This document shows, in pieces, positions 18,699 through 29,030 of a DNA stretch of 60,004 nt. Position numbers and translations under genes: made by a program. The stretch lies in NCBI GenBank assembly GCA_937877075.1, contig CALEGD010000067.1, forward strand, positions 1 to 60,004, in the 5' to 3' direction. Below the pieces are notes generated by a model. The model saw nothing but the letters and a program-made list of their open reading frames with translations. It ran no database searches and had not been told where the DNA came from. The first letter of the stretch is position 1; every line of letters begins with the position of its first letter. Origin of the DNA: an uncultured Acholeplasmatales bacterium (GTDB lineage Bacteria; Bacillota_I; Bacilli_A; ML615J-28; CAG-698).

Positions 18699-20648
18699 CA
18701 TTTCAAATAACACCTTATCATCGATATATTTTATTACATAAGTGCGATTTTGTTTAAAATTATCAAGATTACTGATTTCGCTCAATACCTTAACATAGGT
18801 TTTCTTGTCTAAAGAGGAAATGTCTAAAACCAAATTGTAATTATGATTTTTCATTCTATCTAGTACCTGACGTAATTTCTTCAAATAGTAGGAATTTTTC
18901 TTAGAACCGGTTATAACCTCATCTATTTGAGGAAGCATCCGATCGGTTGTTCCTTCTGAACCGAGATAGCCAATCGACTGTTTTTGCATATTATCTAGGA
19001 AAACAAAGAAGGTATTTCGAAAGTTTATTGTCCGCCCCTTCGAATCAATGATAAACCCATCTTTCAGGATGCCTTCCATTTGATTCGTGATATTTTTACT
19101 TCCCGAATAATAATTTTTGATAATAACAACAGAAATCGGATATTTCAATACATGTTCGGTAAGTATACCTCCGGACTCATAACCTACATAACCTGCCGGA
19201 GCTCCAATCAAAGAAGATGTATGAAAACTCTCATGAAATCTTTCCATATCGAGGTCTAAAACAACTTCATCTTTTATATTAAAGACATGTTTTAAATCCT
19301 CGATTAAAAGTTCCAGATTATCTTCGCCAATTTGAAGATTGATTATTGTTTTTCTAATACCAAGATTAATGAAGTATTGCGAGTAATATTTGGAAAGTTG
19401 TCGGAAGTTTCTGATAGTTTTAATCTGTGAATAAACTTTATCATACCTAATTCCCAAACTTTCAAAAACAATTTTATCAACATCGGATTTAGTCACCTGA
19501 TGTCGACCGTCTAGTTTAGTGACCAGTCCGGCCTCATCCATAATATCGATTGCCTTATCCGGAAGTTTCCGATTTGCAAGAAAACCGGAAGAAGTGATTA
19601 TATATTTAAGAATCTGGTCTTTATATTTTACCTGATGGAATTCCTCATATTTATGGGCAATTCCTTTGATTATCTCATAAGCTTCTTCCGATGATGCCTC
19701 ATCAACAAAAACATTCTGAAAACGACGCGATAAGGCCTTATCTTTTTCAATATATCGGTAATATTCTTCTAACGTGGTGGCACCGATACATTTTATTTCC
19801 GAGCGAGCAAGGATTGGTTTTAAAATATTGGCAATATCCAAAGTGCCCTCACTGGAACCAGAACCAACTATATTATGAATTTCATCAATAAAGACTACTG
19901 AGTAAGGATTTTTGATTCTTTCAATAACTTCAATTAGTCTTTCCTCAAGATCGCCTCGATATTTCGTCCCAGCAATAATTGTTCCTAAGTCGAGTCGGTA
20001 AATATTGATATTGGGGTTGGTTCGGATCATTCTCATGGCAACGCCTTCAATTAAGGCACTTTTGCCGACACCGGCACTTCCGATTAACATTGGATTATTC
20101 TTTTGTTTTTTGGAAAGGATACGAATAATCTTATCGATGATTTCCTCACGACCAATAAACGGATTTAAGCGATCAGATTTTGCTTCTTTTGAAATATTAA
20201 TCAGATAATTATTACTTAAATCATTATTATGAAAATTATAGATATTGTTTAAGTCTTCAATCAGAACATTAATATCTAGTTCAAGTCTTTCCAGAATGTT
20301 TAAGGCAATCGATGAGGGGGTTGTTAGTAATGCATAAAGCAAGTGTTCTCCAAAAACAAATTTACTTTCTTCAAGTGCGGCAATTGCTCTGGCATTCTTT
20401 ATTATCTCGACAAGTTTAATAGTATAATTATTTGAAAAACTTTTTCGGAGCATAATTAGTTCAGATATTTCCTCTTCTACATCTGCCTCTGTTACTCCAT
20501 ACTCTTTAAATAATTCCCAACAAACCGAATTCTTGGTGTTCATCAATGCCAATAAAAGACATTCACTTCCGACCACCCCGAATCTGATCTTTTCCGCCTC
20601 TACCAACGCCATTATCTTCTGACTTTGATAATCAAATTCAGGAAACAA
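18690..20648 (-). CDS. ClpA/ClpC-family AAA+ protein with a degenerate second ATPase module
   Basis: Clp N-domain; D1 KNNPMLIGSAGVGKS, GTKYRG, FIDEIH, RRFQ, LPDKAID; D2 retains LIGAPAGYVGY but lacks Walker A/B. Confidence 0.85.
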   Translation of the reverse strand: MFPEFDYQSQKIMALVEAEKIRFGVVGSECLLLALMNTKNSVCWELFKEYGVTEADVEEEISELIMLRKSFSNNYTIKLVEIIKNARAIAALEESKFVFGEHLLYALLTTPSSIALNILERLELDINVLIEDLNNIYNFHNNDLSNNYLINISKEAKSDRLNPFIGREEIIDKIIRILSKKQKNNPMLIGSAGVGKSALIEGVAMRMIRTNPNINIYRLDLGTIIAGTKYRGDLEERLIEVIERIKNPYSVVFIDEIHNIVGSGSSEGTLDIANILKPILARSEIKCIGATTLEEYYRYIEKDKALSRRFQNVFVDEASSEEAYEIIKGIAHKYEEFHQVKYKDQILKYIITSSGFLANRKLPDKAIDIMDEAGLVTKLDGRHQVTKSDVDKIVFESLGIRYDKVYSQIKTIRNFRQLSKYYSQYFINLGIRKTIINLQIGEDNLELLIEDLKHVFNIKDEVVLDLDMERFHESFHTSSLIGAPAGYVGYESGGILTEHVLKYPISVVIIKNYYSGSKNITNQMEGILKDGFIIDSKGRTINFRNTFFVFLDNMQKQSIGYLGSEGTTDRMLPQIDEVITGSKKNSYYLKKLRQVLDRMKNHNYNLVLDISSLDKKTYVKVLSEISNLDNFKQNRTYVIKYIDDKVLFEMKK

Positions 20649-20826
20649 AGTTTCACCTCTTTCCTTCTTACTAGTATCATTATATGAATTACTGGTTTTT
20701 AATTTCTCATTTTTGGCTTAAATAAGAAAATGAAAGTTTTTTCACAAAGTAAATGCTTTTTTTATTTGTCGTTTTATAGTATAATATAACAAATACATTT
20801 TTAAAGTAAAGAGAGGTTTGAAACAT

Positions 20827-23349
20827 ATGAGCAATACTACTTATCCAAAAAAATTAATTAACAAACTAAATGATGATATTAAAAATTACTTTCCTCATTT
20901 ATTTCTAATTGACGAAGCTTATATGTTTAAAACCTTTTCCAGTGTCTCGCGCTTGGTAATGCTAGACCGTTATTCTCAAAAAGACATCAATCATATTTCT
21001 TTAGGCATTGACGATTTAGTCATTGTTGTAATTAAAGAAGATCCAAAATTCCCGACTCGGGGAATTGGTAATATCGTTGGCCTCGATGAGGAATTTGCCT
21101 ATGTACAATTGGAAACGGAATATGCCGGGATGTGTGAGAATCTCGGTTGCGACAATATTATCAGAAGGCATATTAATGAAGTAGACAAACCTCTGGAAAT
21201 CTATTATGAACAAATATGTCATAGAGTGGCTAATAATTTGGCTCAAGGGGAAACAGTTGAAACCGTTAATCAATTCTTTTACGAACTAAACGAGATGAAT
21301 CTTGTTCCCGCCGGAAGAGTACTCTTTGGTGCCGGCTCCCAAACAGCAGTCACTTATTTCAATTGTTTTGTTATGCCCTTTATTCAAGATTCGCGGGCAG
21401 GTATCAGTATCCATCGCCAAAAGGTTATGGAGATAATGTCTAGGGGTGGTGGTGTCGGTACAAACGGTTCTACTTTAAGACCTAAAAATTCGCTTGCAAA
21501 GGGTGTTAACGGAAAATCCAGCGGTGCAGTCAGTTGGCTTAACGACCTTTCTCAGCTTACTCACCTTGTAGAACAGGGAGGCTCCCGCCGAGGCGCCCAA
21601 ATGATTATGCTCGCCGATTGGCATCCGGATATTATCGAATTTATTATCAGTAAGATGCAGAACCCCAAAATTCTTCAGTTCTTAATCAATAATCTTACCG
21701 ATCATGACATTATCAATGCTGCAAAAAATAAACTTAAATATATACCGCTTACTCCCGAAGAAATTGAAATTTATGAAAAAATTGTTGAACTTGGTCATAA
21801 TAATGACATCAGTAAAGCAACTTTGAATAGAGCCGAAGAGGTCCTAAGGGTTCAAGGATTCTATCAGGTCCATCAACCCGAATACCTTTCCGGTGCGAAC
21901 ATCAGTATCGCCATTACAAAGGAATTCATGTATGCGGTTGAACATGATTTAAATTATCAATTACGTTATCCCGACACAGATAATTATTCCAAGGGAGAAA
22001 AGGCTGCCTATGATGAAAAATGGCATTTAATTGGGGATGTCAGAGTTTGGGAAGAAATGGGATATCCGATTAAGGTTTATAAAACCATCAGGGCTCGCGA
22101 ACTTTGGAATTTGATTAATATCTGTGCCACTTATTCAGCAGAGCCAGGTATTTTCTTCATTGATAATGCCAATGATATGACTAATGCGAAAGCATATGGC
22201 CAGCAGGTTGTCTGCACTAATCCTTGCGGAGAACAACCTCTGGCTGCTTATTCGGTCTGTAACTTGGCCGCCATCAATTTAGCTAATATGGCAGATTATA
22301 AGAATAATACCGTAGATTGGGAAAAATTAAGAAAAACAATTCGAGCAACAATCAGATTGCAGGATAATGTTATCGACAGAACTACATATTTCCTTGAAGA
22401 AAACCGGAATCAAGCACTCGGTGAAAGAAGGATCGGCATGGGAATAATGGGTTTGCATGACTTAATAATCTATTGTAATCTGCGTTATGGCAGTCCTGAA
22501 GCCAATGAATTCGTCGATAAATTATTTGAATTTATGGCTACTAATGCCTACGAAACCTCAATCGAACTTGCACAGGAAAAGGGAAGTTTCCCCTTCCTTG
22601 ATCAATACGGCTCCAGAAAGAAATTTATTGAAACCGGATTTATGAAACGGATGCCTGAACATATCCGTGAAGGCGTCTTAAAATATGGAATCAGAAACTC
22701 CCATTTACTGACAATCGCTCCAACCGGATCAACCGGAACGATGGTCGGAGTCTCAACCGGTCTTGAACCTTATTTTGCTTTCAAATATTATCGCAGCGGT
22801 CGTTTAGGTAAGTTTATGGAAGTTAATGCACCGGTTGTAGAAAAGTATTTGGAATTACATCCTGAATATTCTCATGACAATCTCCCCGATATCTTTGTCT
22901 CGGCAATGGACCTTACTCCGGAAGAACATGCAGATGTACAATGCATCATTCAACGTTGGGTTGACTCTTCTATTTCTAAGACTGTCAATGCTCCTCGCGG
23001 TTGTTCTGTTGAAGAAGTGGAAAAACTCTACTTCCGTCTCTATAAAGGCGGAGCCAAGGGCGGAACTGTCTATGTTGATGGAAGCAGGGATACTCAGGTT
23101 CTGACCTTGAAAAAGGATGATACCCTTCCGAAACAAGTTGAACTTACCGATCTCGGAATTGAGATTGAAGAAAAAAACATTCAAAATAAAGAGAAGAATG
23201 AGATTAACCCACCGACAACTAAAGCCAACCGTAATATCGGTACCGAAATTGGTGATATCTGTCCAATCTGTCTTGAAGGATCGGTTGAGGATATCGGGGG
23301 CTGTAATACCTGTACAAATTGTAACGCACAACTTAAATGTGGGCTTTAA
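20827..23349 (+). CDS. nrdJ: Vitamin B12-dependent (class II) ribonucleotide reductase
   Basis: PAGRVL, YFNCFV, QGGSRRGAQM, TNPCGEQPL, CNLAAINL, TIAPTGS and C-terminal Cys cluster; no small-subunit gene adjacent. Confidence 0.93.
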   Translation: MSNTTYPKKLINKLNDDIKNYFPHLFLIDEAYMFKTFSSVSRLVMLDRYSQKDINHISLGIDDLVIVVIKEDPKFPTRGIGNIVGLDEEFAYVQLETEYAGMCENLGCDNIIRRHINEVDKPLEIYYEQICHRVANNLAQGETVETVNQFFYELNEMNLVPAGRVLFGAGSQTAVTYFNCFVMPFIQDSRAGISIHRQKVMEIMSRGGGVGTNGSTLRPKNSLAKGVNGKSSGAVSWLNDLSQLTHLVEQGGSRRGAQMIMLADWHPDIIEFIISKMQNPKILQFLINNLTDHDIINAAKNKLKYIPLTPEEIEIYEKIVELGHNNDISKATLNRAEEVLRVQGFYQVHQPEYLSGANISIAITKEFMYAVEHDLNYQLRYPDTDNYSKGEKAAYDEKWHLIGDVRVWEEMGYPIKVYKTIRARELWNLINICATYSAEPGIFFIDNANDMTNAKAYGQQVVCTNPCGEQPLAAYSVCNLAAINLANMADYKNNTVDWEKLRKTIRATIRLQDNVIDRTTYFLEENRNQALGERRIGMGIMGLHDLIIYCNLRYGSPEANEFVDKLFEFMATNAYETSIELAQEKGSFPFLDQYGSRKKFIETGFMKRMPEHIREGVLKYGIRNSHLLTIAPTGSTGTMVGVSTGLEPYFAFKYYRSGRLGKFMEVNAPVVEKYLELHPEYSHDNLPDIFVSAMDLTPEEHADVQCIIQRWVDSSISKTVNAPRGCSVEEVEKLYFRLYKGGAKGGTVYVDGSRDTQVLTLKKDDTLPKQVELTDLGIEIEEKNIQNKEKNEINPPTTKANRNIGTEIGDICPICLEGSVEDIGGCNTCTNCNAQLKCGL

Positions 23350-23353
23350 TTTC

Positions 23354-23388
23354 AAAGGAAAGTACTTTTTAAAGTGCTTCCCTTTTTT
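23354..23388 (+). terminator. Terminator after nrdJ
   Basis: AAAGGAAAGTACTTT/AAAGTGCTTCCCTTTTTT imperfect hairpin plus T-tract. Confidence 0.65.
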
Positions 23389-23407
23389 CATTAGAAAGGT
23401 GATTTAG

Positions 23408-24787
23408 ATGACTGAAGAAAAAAGTTTAAAAATGAGAAATATGCCGATGGGAAAATTAATTGCTTCAATGAGTATTCCGGCAATGTTTTCAATGTTAATT
23501 CAAGCTTTATATAATATTGTTGATACTATTTATGTTGCAAGAATAGATAAAACCAGCGACGCCCTAATAACCGCTCTTGGTTATGCTTTTCCAATGCAAA
23601 TATTACTTATGGCTTTTGCGCTCGGAATTGGTATCGGAACCAATGTTTTGGTTGCAAGAAAACTAGGCGAAAGAAAGCCGGAGGAAGCATCCCGCTTTGG
23701 ACAAACAGGTATTATGCTAACTATCATGATGTCGATTGTATTCTTAGGACTTAGTTTTGTAATTGTAGAACCGTTTATGAAAATGATGTCTAATAATCAT
23801 GAAATTATTAAAGCCGGCACCTCTTATCTTCGGATTGTTATGGCTTTTTCTATCTTTCAATTTTTAGAGATTGTTTATACAAAAATCCTCCAATCCACCG
23901 GTCAAATGATTATCCCCATGTTTACACAACTTATTGGAGCCATTACAAATATTATCCTTGATCCAATTTTTATCTTCGGTTGGTTCGGTCTCCCCGCTTT
24001 CGGAGTAACCGGTGCCGCCATTGCAACTGTTATTGGTCAAGGTGTAGCTATGATATTTGTTTTAATCTACACCTATAGAAAGAAGCTTGAAATATCCTTA
24101 AGCCTTCGGCGTTTCCGTTTTTCCAAACATCATGTTACTGAAATAATTAAATTGGGCGCTCCTTCGGCGGTTATGAACTCGGTAGCTTCCATAACCAATA
24201 TCGCGCTCAATTCAATCTTAAAACAACATGACCCGGAAGAAACTGCTAATGCTGTTCTTACTTCCTATTTTAAACTTCAAAGTTTTGTCTTTATGCCGGC
24301 CTTTGGTTTAAATCAAGGAGGAATGCCGATTCTCTCTTATAACTACGGTGCAAATAACAAAAAGCGTTTTGATAAAGCTCTAAAGATTCTCTTTACAACT
24401 GCACTTTCAATTCTTACTGTCGGATTATTAATCTTCCAGATCTTCCCGAAGCCCTTATTAAACCTTTTCAGCCCCAGTCCAAGAATGATAGAATTAGGTC
24501 TTCCTGCACTTCGACTGATAAGTTTAGCTTTTATCCCCGCAGCAATCAATGTCATCTTGACGATGACTTTCCAATCGGTCGGTCGTGGTTTCGTTGCCAT
24601 GACGATGTCCTTATTAAGGCAGTTAGCCTTTCTTATTCCTTTTGCTTACCTATTCGGAAAGTTTTGGAAACTAAACGGTGTCTGGTTAGCCTTCCCGGCT
24701 TCAGAAGCGATTGTAACCTTATTTTTCTTTCCGTTAGGAATATATATAGTCAGAAAAGTCTTCCAACTAAAGGAGAAGCTTCTATAG
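23408..24787 (+). CDS. MATE family efflux transporter
   Basis: LYNIVDTIYV, NIILDPIFIFG and GVTGAAIATVIGQ motifs; ~12 TM. Confidence 0.95.
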   Translation: MTEEKSLKMRNMPMGKLIASMSIPAMFSMLIQALYNIVDTIYVARIDKTSDALITALGYAFPMQILLMAFALGIGIGTNVLVARKLGERKPEEASRFGQTGIMLTIMMSIVFLGLSFVIVEPFMKMMSNNHEIIKAGTSYLRIVMAFSIFQFLEIVYTKILQSTGQMIIPMFTQLIGAITNIILDPIFIFGWFGLPAFGVTGAAIATVIGQGVAMIFVLIYTYRKKLEISLSLRRFRFSKHHVTEIIKLGAPSAVMNSVASITNIALNSILKQHDPEETANAVLTSYFKLQSFVFMPAFGLNQGGMPILSYNYGANNKKRFDKALKILFTTALSILTVGLLIFQIFPKPLLNLFSPSPRMIELGLPALRLISLAFIPAAINVILTMTFQSVGRGFVAMTMSLLRQLAFLIPFAYLFGKFWKLNGVWLAFPASEAIVTLFFFPLGIYIVRKVFQLKEKLL

Positions 24788-24857
24788 CAAAAGTTAATTG
24801 ATTCTATACAAAAACACTCATCCGTGATATAATACCAAGATAGAAAGAGATAATTAT

Positions 24858-26132
24858 ATGGATAAAGCCTTATTAATAGCCGTTAATACCGGCAGTAAAG
24901 AAAATGAATTGAATGAAGAGATTATTGAATTAGAAAATCTTTGCGCAGCTTGTGAGATTGAAGTCATAAATACCGTCATTCAAAATCTGAATAAAGTTAA
25001 CCCCGATACTTACCTTGGAAAAGGTAAGGTTGAAGAAATTAAGCTAATCGCCGATAGTGAAGAATGCAATTTGATAGTCGTTAATGACGAACTATCACCT
25101 CTACAGGTAAGCAATCTGGAAAAAGCTTTGGATATTGAAGTGTATGACCGAACCTATGTAATTCTGGAAATCTTCAGAAGAAGAGCCCACACCAGGGAAG
25201 CAAAACTTCAAGTTGAGCTTGCAACCAAAAAGTATCTGCTTCCACGCTTAATCGGTTCACGTTCCCATCTTTCTCGTCAAAGAGGTTCTGGAATGGGATT
25301 TTCTCATGGACGCGGCAGTGGAGAAATGAAACTTGAATTAGACAGAAGAAAAGTTTTTGATCAGATATCTGAAATTAACACTGAGCTTCTGGAACTTAAA
25401 AATTTAAGACAGACGCAAAGAAAACAAAGAAAAAGACAAGGCATGAAAGTCATAAGTCTTGTTGGTTATACCAATTCGGGAAAGAGTTCGACCCTCAATG
25501 CACTGCTTTCGCACTCAATTGCAGCAAAGAAAGAAGTTTTCGAAAAGGATATGCTTTTCGCAACCTTAGAAACCTCTACAAGGCTTATCAAGACTGAAAG
25601 TAATCTGACTTTTCTTTTGACTGATACAGTCGGTTTTGTAAATAAACTTCCCCATCAACTGATTGAGGCCTTTAAGTCTACTTTAGAAGAAATCACCGAA
25701 TCAGACCTTGTCTTACATATTGTTGATTGTTCAAACGAAAATTTTGAAAAACAAATTTCCGTAACCAATCAAGTACTTACTGAACTCGGTGTTAAAGACA
25801 TTCCTATGATTTATGTCTTTAATAAAACTGACTTAAACGAGAGTTTTTTCATTCCTCCCCTTTACGAAAAGACGATTAAAATCAGCGCTAAAAATTCGCT
25901 GAATCTAGAAGGATTATTAATTATGATTGAAGAAGAACTGTTCAAAGATTATCGTAATCTCTATTTGAAACTTCCTTTCTCCAAAGCCGATTTATACAAT
26001 CGTGTTAAAGAGAATGCTATTGTTGAGGCGGAGACAATTGAAGAAGATGGTTACCTCTTAAAGGCAAAGATGTCTAACTACCTATATGGATTTGTACAAG
26101 AATATGAAATATTTAAAGACCGGATCAAATAG
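24858..26132 (+). CDS. hflX: Ribosome-splitting GTPase HflX
   Basis: ILEIF..A.TREAKLQVELA, VGYTNSGKSS, LFATL, DTVGF and NKTD motifs. Confidence 0.96.
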   Translation: MDKALLIAVNTGSKENELNEEIIELENLCAACEIEVINTVIQNLNKVNPDTYLGKGKVEEIKLIADSEECNLIVVNDELSPLQVSNLEKALDIEVYDRTYVILEIFRRRAHTREAKLQVELATKKYLLPRLIGSRSHLSRQRGSGMGFSHGRGSGEMKLELDRRKVFDQISEINTELLELKNLRQTQRKQRKRQGMKVISLVGYTNSGKSSTLNALLSHSIAAKKEVFEKDMLFATLETSTRLIKTESNLTFLLTDTVGFVNKLPHQLIEAFKSTLEEITESDLVLHIVDCSNENFEKQISVTNQVLTELGVKDIPMIYVFNKTDLNESFFIPPLYEKTIKISAKNSLNLEGLLIMIEEELFKDYRNLYLKLPFSKADLYNRVKENAIVEAETIEEDGYLLKAKMSNYLYGFVQEYEIFKDRIK

Positions 26133-26146
26133 AATCCGGTCTTTTT
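26115..26146 (+). terminator. Terminator after hflX
   Basis: AAAGACCGGAT/ATCCGGTCTTTTT inverted repeat. Confidence 0.75.
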
Positions 26147-26181
26147 GTTTATGTAAATTAAGTTTTATTATGTAAGTATAA

Positions 26182-26859
26182 TCATTTGTCAAGGTCAAAA
26201 GGTTCTCCTAAGACCAAACGATATAATATTTCTTTATCAAATTCCGCCATCGGCATATTAACTAATTGATAGGCATTAATACATTCTAATCGAGATATAT
26301 CTTGTTTTTCCAAAAGCTTAATTTCATAGCAGTACAAGGTTCTACGTTTTGACTTATATGTAACCTTCCCAATTTTATTGATATCGTATCTTACGGTTAT
26401 CTTTAAACGGCGATTCAGATTATGAATAAAACTGTCATGAAAATCACCGCTTTTTAACCTGTAAACCAGACCTTGATATTTATCCTTTTTCTTTTCCAGA
26501 CAAATATCATTTCCATATCGATATATAATGTAAAGATAATCAGTAAAATAATACTTGTTGAGATTTCGCTTTTTTATGATCTGGCGCCCACGCATATGAA
26601 TACAATAATAATAGGCAAAGGAAATTCCATAAATCAGGGGCATTAGGATGAAAAGATAATATTTGTAATACGAAAACCAGTTACCACCTTTATAATCGCG
26701 GAAAAAAGCGAAGATAAAAACTCCGGAAATAAGAAATCCAAGAGAAAGAAAGACCATTCCCCGAGTTTTATAACGCGTATTCTTTGTAGCTCCGTTGATA
26801 ATAAAAAAGACGAGGCCTATACTCAGAACAGCTGTTAAGATTTGCATAATATAATCCAT
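26182..26859 (-). CDS. Hypothetical membrane protein (3 TM) with a possible degenerate NUDIX-like C-terminal domain
   Basis: 225-aa ORF with AGGTGA SD; three hydrophobic segments then a soluble domain. Confidence 0.7.
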   Translation of the reverse strand: MDYIMQILTAVLSIGLVFFIINGATKNTRYKTRGMVFLSLGFLISGVFIFAFFRDYKGGNWFSYYKYYLFILMPLIYGISFAYYYCIHMRGRQIIKKRNLNKYYFTDYLYIIYRYGNDICLEKKKDKYQGLVYRLKSGDFHDSFIHNLNRRLKITVRYDINKIGKVTYKSKRRTLYCYEIKLLEKQDISRLECINAYQLVNMPMAEFDKEILYRLVLGEPFDLDK

Positions 26860-27071
26860 GTGTTCACCTTTTTATTTTTATATTTTACCCAATAATATTA
26901 TATATAAATATCTCCACTCAATTATACAAAGCTTTTTGTAAATCCTTGTATATATTATTAATCTAATTTACATTCTTTTACTATTTTCTTAAATAATATC
27001 TATTATACAACTACATTTAATTATACCACAATATTTATAAAATAATGGTGAATTCTGAAAAAAATATACAA

Positions 27072-27100
27072 TTGACATCAAACCAATGAAGAAGTATAAT
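27072..27100 (+). promoter_or_regulatory. Consensus sigma-A promoter of udk
   Basis: TTGACA-N17-TATAAT exact match. Confidence 0.85.
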
Positions 27101-27119
27101 ATTTGAAGTGGAGGAATAT

Positions 27120-27746
27120 ATGAACTGTACTATTATTGGTATTGCCGGTGGCACTGCCAGCGGAAAAACCACAATCGCAAAAAAAATCCATGAACTTTCT
27201 CAATCCCTGGGGTCAGTTGTTGTATTAAGGTTGGATGATTATTATAAGGACTTAAGTCATCTTACCTTTGAAGAAAGAAAAAAATACAATTATGACCATC
27301 CGTCCGCTTATGATAGCGATCTTCTTGTAAAACAGTTAATGATGTTGAAAGACGGGATACCTATTAGCAGGCCCACCTATGATTTTGTTGCCCATAATCG
27401 CTCTCAAGAAGTGAAACTAATTGAACCGGTAAATGTGATTATTGTAGAGGGGATTATGATCTTTACAATCCCAGAGCTCAGACAGATGTTTGATATTAAA
27501 CTCTTTGTACAAACGCCGGATGATCTTCGTTTTATTCGACGTCTAAAGCGGGATATATATGAGAGAGGACGAAGCATTGACTCGGTTATCGACCAATATC
27601 TGACCACCGTAAGACCGATGCATTTAGAATTTGTAGAACCGTCAAAGCAATATGCCGATCTGATTATCCCTGAGGGTGGAGAAAACAAAGTTGCTATTGA
27701 CATCATAGCTGTCAAGATAGCTAATATCCTAAATAATCATGAATAA
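27120..27746 (+). CDS. udk: Uridine kinase
   Basis: IGIAGGTASGKTT, DDYY, NYDHP, IRRLKRD..ERGR; ATG 27120 after GGAGG. Confidence 0.95.
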   Translation: MNCTIIGIAGGTASGKTTIAKKIHELSQSLGSVVVLRLDDYYKDLSHLTFEERKKYNYDHPSAYDSDLLVKQLMMLKDGIPISRPTYDFVAHNRSQEVKLIEPVNVIIVEGIMIFTIPELRQMFDIKLFVQTPDDLRFIRRLKRDIYERGRSIDSVIDQYLTTVRPMHLEFVEPSKQYADLIIPEGGENKVAIDIIAVKIANILNNHE

Positions 27747-27777
27747 CTACGAAAAAAGGCATCTATTATGGATGCCA

Positions 27778-29022
27778 TTATTTTTTAAGAATATTAATCA
27801 ATTCTTGCAGATTGGAAAGTTCTCTGGTGGTGTTGTCAGAAAGTCGTTTATACTCGAATATTCCTTTATCTGCTTTCTTCCCGACAATAATTCGATGATT
27901 TATACCAATCAAATCTGCGTCGTTGAATTTTACACCTGCGCGTTCGTTCCTGTCATCAAAAAGAACTTCAAACTTCTTATCTAGTTCCTGATAGACTTTT
28001 TCCGCAAGTTCCCAGGCAGGGCTACCTTCTTTATCTACAGGTAGGATATGCACTTGGAAAGGCGTGACTTCCTTCGGCCAACATGCTTTATCACCCTCAT
28101 AATGTTGTTCAAGAATAGCCATCAATAATCGGGAAATTCCAATACCATAACAACCCATGATAATCGGTTTTTGAACTTGATCTTGATCGACAAAGAAAGC
28201 CTTCATAGGAACTGAATATTTTGTTCCGAGTTTGAAAATATGACCGGCTTCAATTCCTTTCGCATGTAAAATATGGCCTTTTCCGTCAGGTGAAGGTGCT
28301 CCGATTGGAAGGTTGTGAAGTTCAGTGTTGCTTGCAAAGTCACTTTCATCACTATAAACGATCGTGTCTTCACCGATATCACAGAGAATCATAAATTCTT
28401 CGCTTTCTTTTCCGCCGATATTTCCGCTATCGGCGCTGACAATTCGATAATTTAGTTCGCAACGATCAAAAATATTTTGATAAGCCTGGCGGACTTTTTG
28501 ATACCAAATGTCTAAATCTTCTTGGCTGGTGTGAAAAGAATAAAGGTCCTTCATAATAAATTCTCTTCCTCGCATCAACCCGAAACGGGGACGAAATTCA
28601 TCACGGAATTTTGTCTGTATCTGATACAGTGCAACTGGAAATTTTTTGTAGCTTGTAAAATACTCCCGAGCATGAGTAGTAATTACTTCTTCATGAGTAG
28701 GGCCGAGGCAAAAATCTCTGTCGTGACGATCCTGAAGACGCATTAATTCCTTACCGTAATCTTGCCAGCGTCCGGATTCAACCCAGATATCCTTTGGTTG
28801 CATTGTCGGCATCAATAATTCACTACAGCCGATAGCATCCAGTTCTTCGCGAATGATATTCTCAATCTTTTTAATAATCTTATATGCCAGTGGAAGATAT
28901 GTATAAATACCTGCCGCCAATTGTCTAATATAACCGCCACGAAGTAGTATTTTGTGGCTGGTTACTTCCGCTTCTTTTGGTATTTCTCTTAATGTTGGTA
29001 CAAATAATAATGTTTGTTTCAT
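27778..29022 (-). CDS. proS: Proline--tRNA ligase (short form lacking the editing insertion)
   Basis: [36 protein letters not shown] and MGCYGIG motifs. Confidence 0.95.
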   Translation of the reverse strand: MKQTLLFVPTLREIPKEAEVTSHKILLRGGYIRQLAAGIYTYLPLAYKIIKKIENIIREELDAIGCSELLMPTMQPKDIWVESGRWQDYGKELMRLQDRHDRDFCLGPTHEEVITTHAREYFTSYKKFPVALYQIQTKFRDEFRPRFGLMRGREFIMKDLYSFHTSQEDLDIWYQKVRQAYQNIFDRCELNYRIVSADSGNIGGKESEEFMILCDIGEDTIVYSDESDFASNTELHNLPIGAPSPDGKGHILHAKGIEAGHIFKLGTKYSVPMKAFFVDQDQVQKPIIMGCYGIGISRLLMAILEQHYEGDKACWPKEVTPFQVHILPVDKEGSPAWELAEKVYQELDKKFEVLFDDRNERAGVKFNDADLIGINHRIIVGKKADKGIFEYKRLSDNTTRELSNLQELINILKK

Positions 29023-29030
29023 AATCTAAC

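Noticed and set aside
20827-23349. Possible intein or intron in nrdJ
   Set aside because: Continuous ORF of normal length with no intein splice or homing-endonuclease motifs seen
22855-23407. Overlapping ORFs (178, 76 and 96 aa) at the nrdJ 3' end, and similar short antisense ORFs across the window
   Set aside because: Shadow or alternate-frame ORFs within well-supported genes, with no independent support
26149-26178. Two TTATGTAA motifs resembling the XerD arm of a dif site
   Set aside because: No convincing XerC arm, and gene-strand bias does not switch here
26938-26965. dif-like 'TATATA TTAT' core in an AT-rich intergenic region
   Set aside because: Both arms match poorly; expected by chance at this AT content
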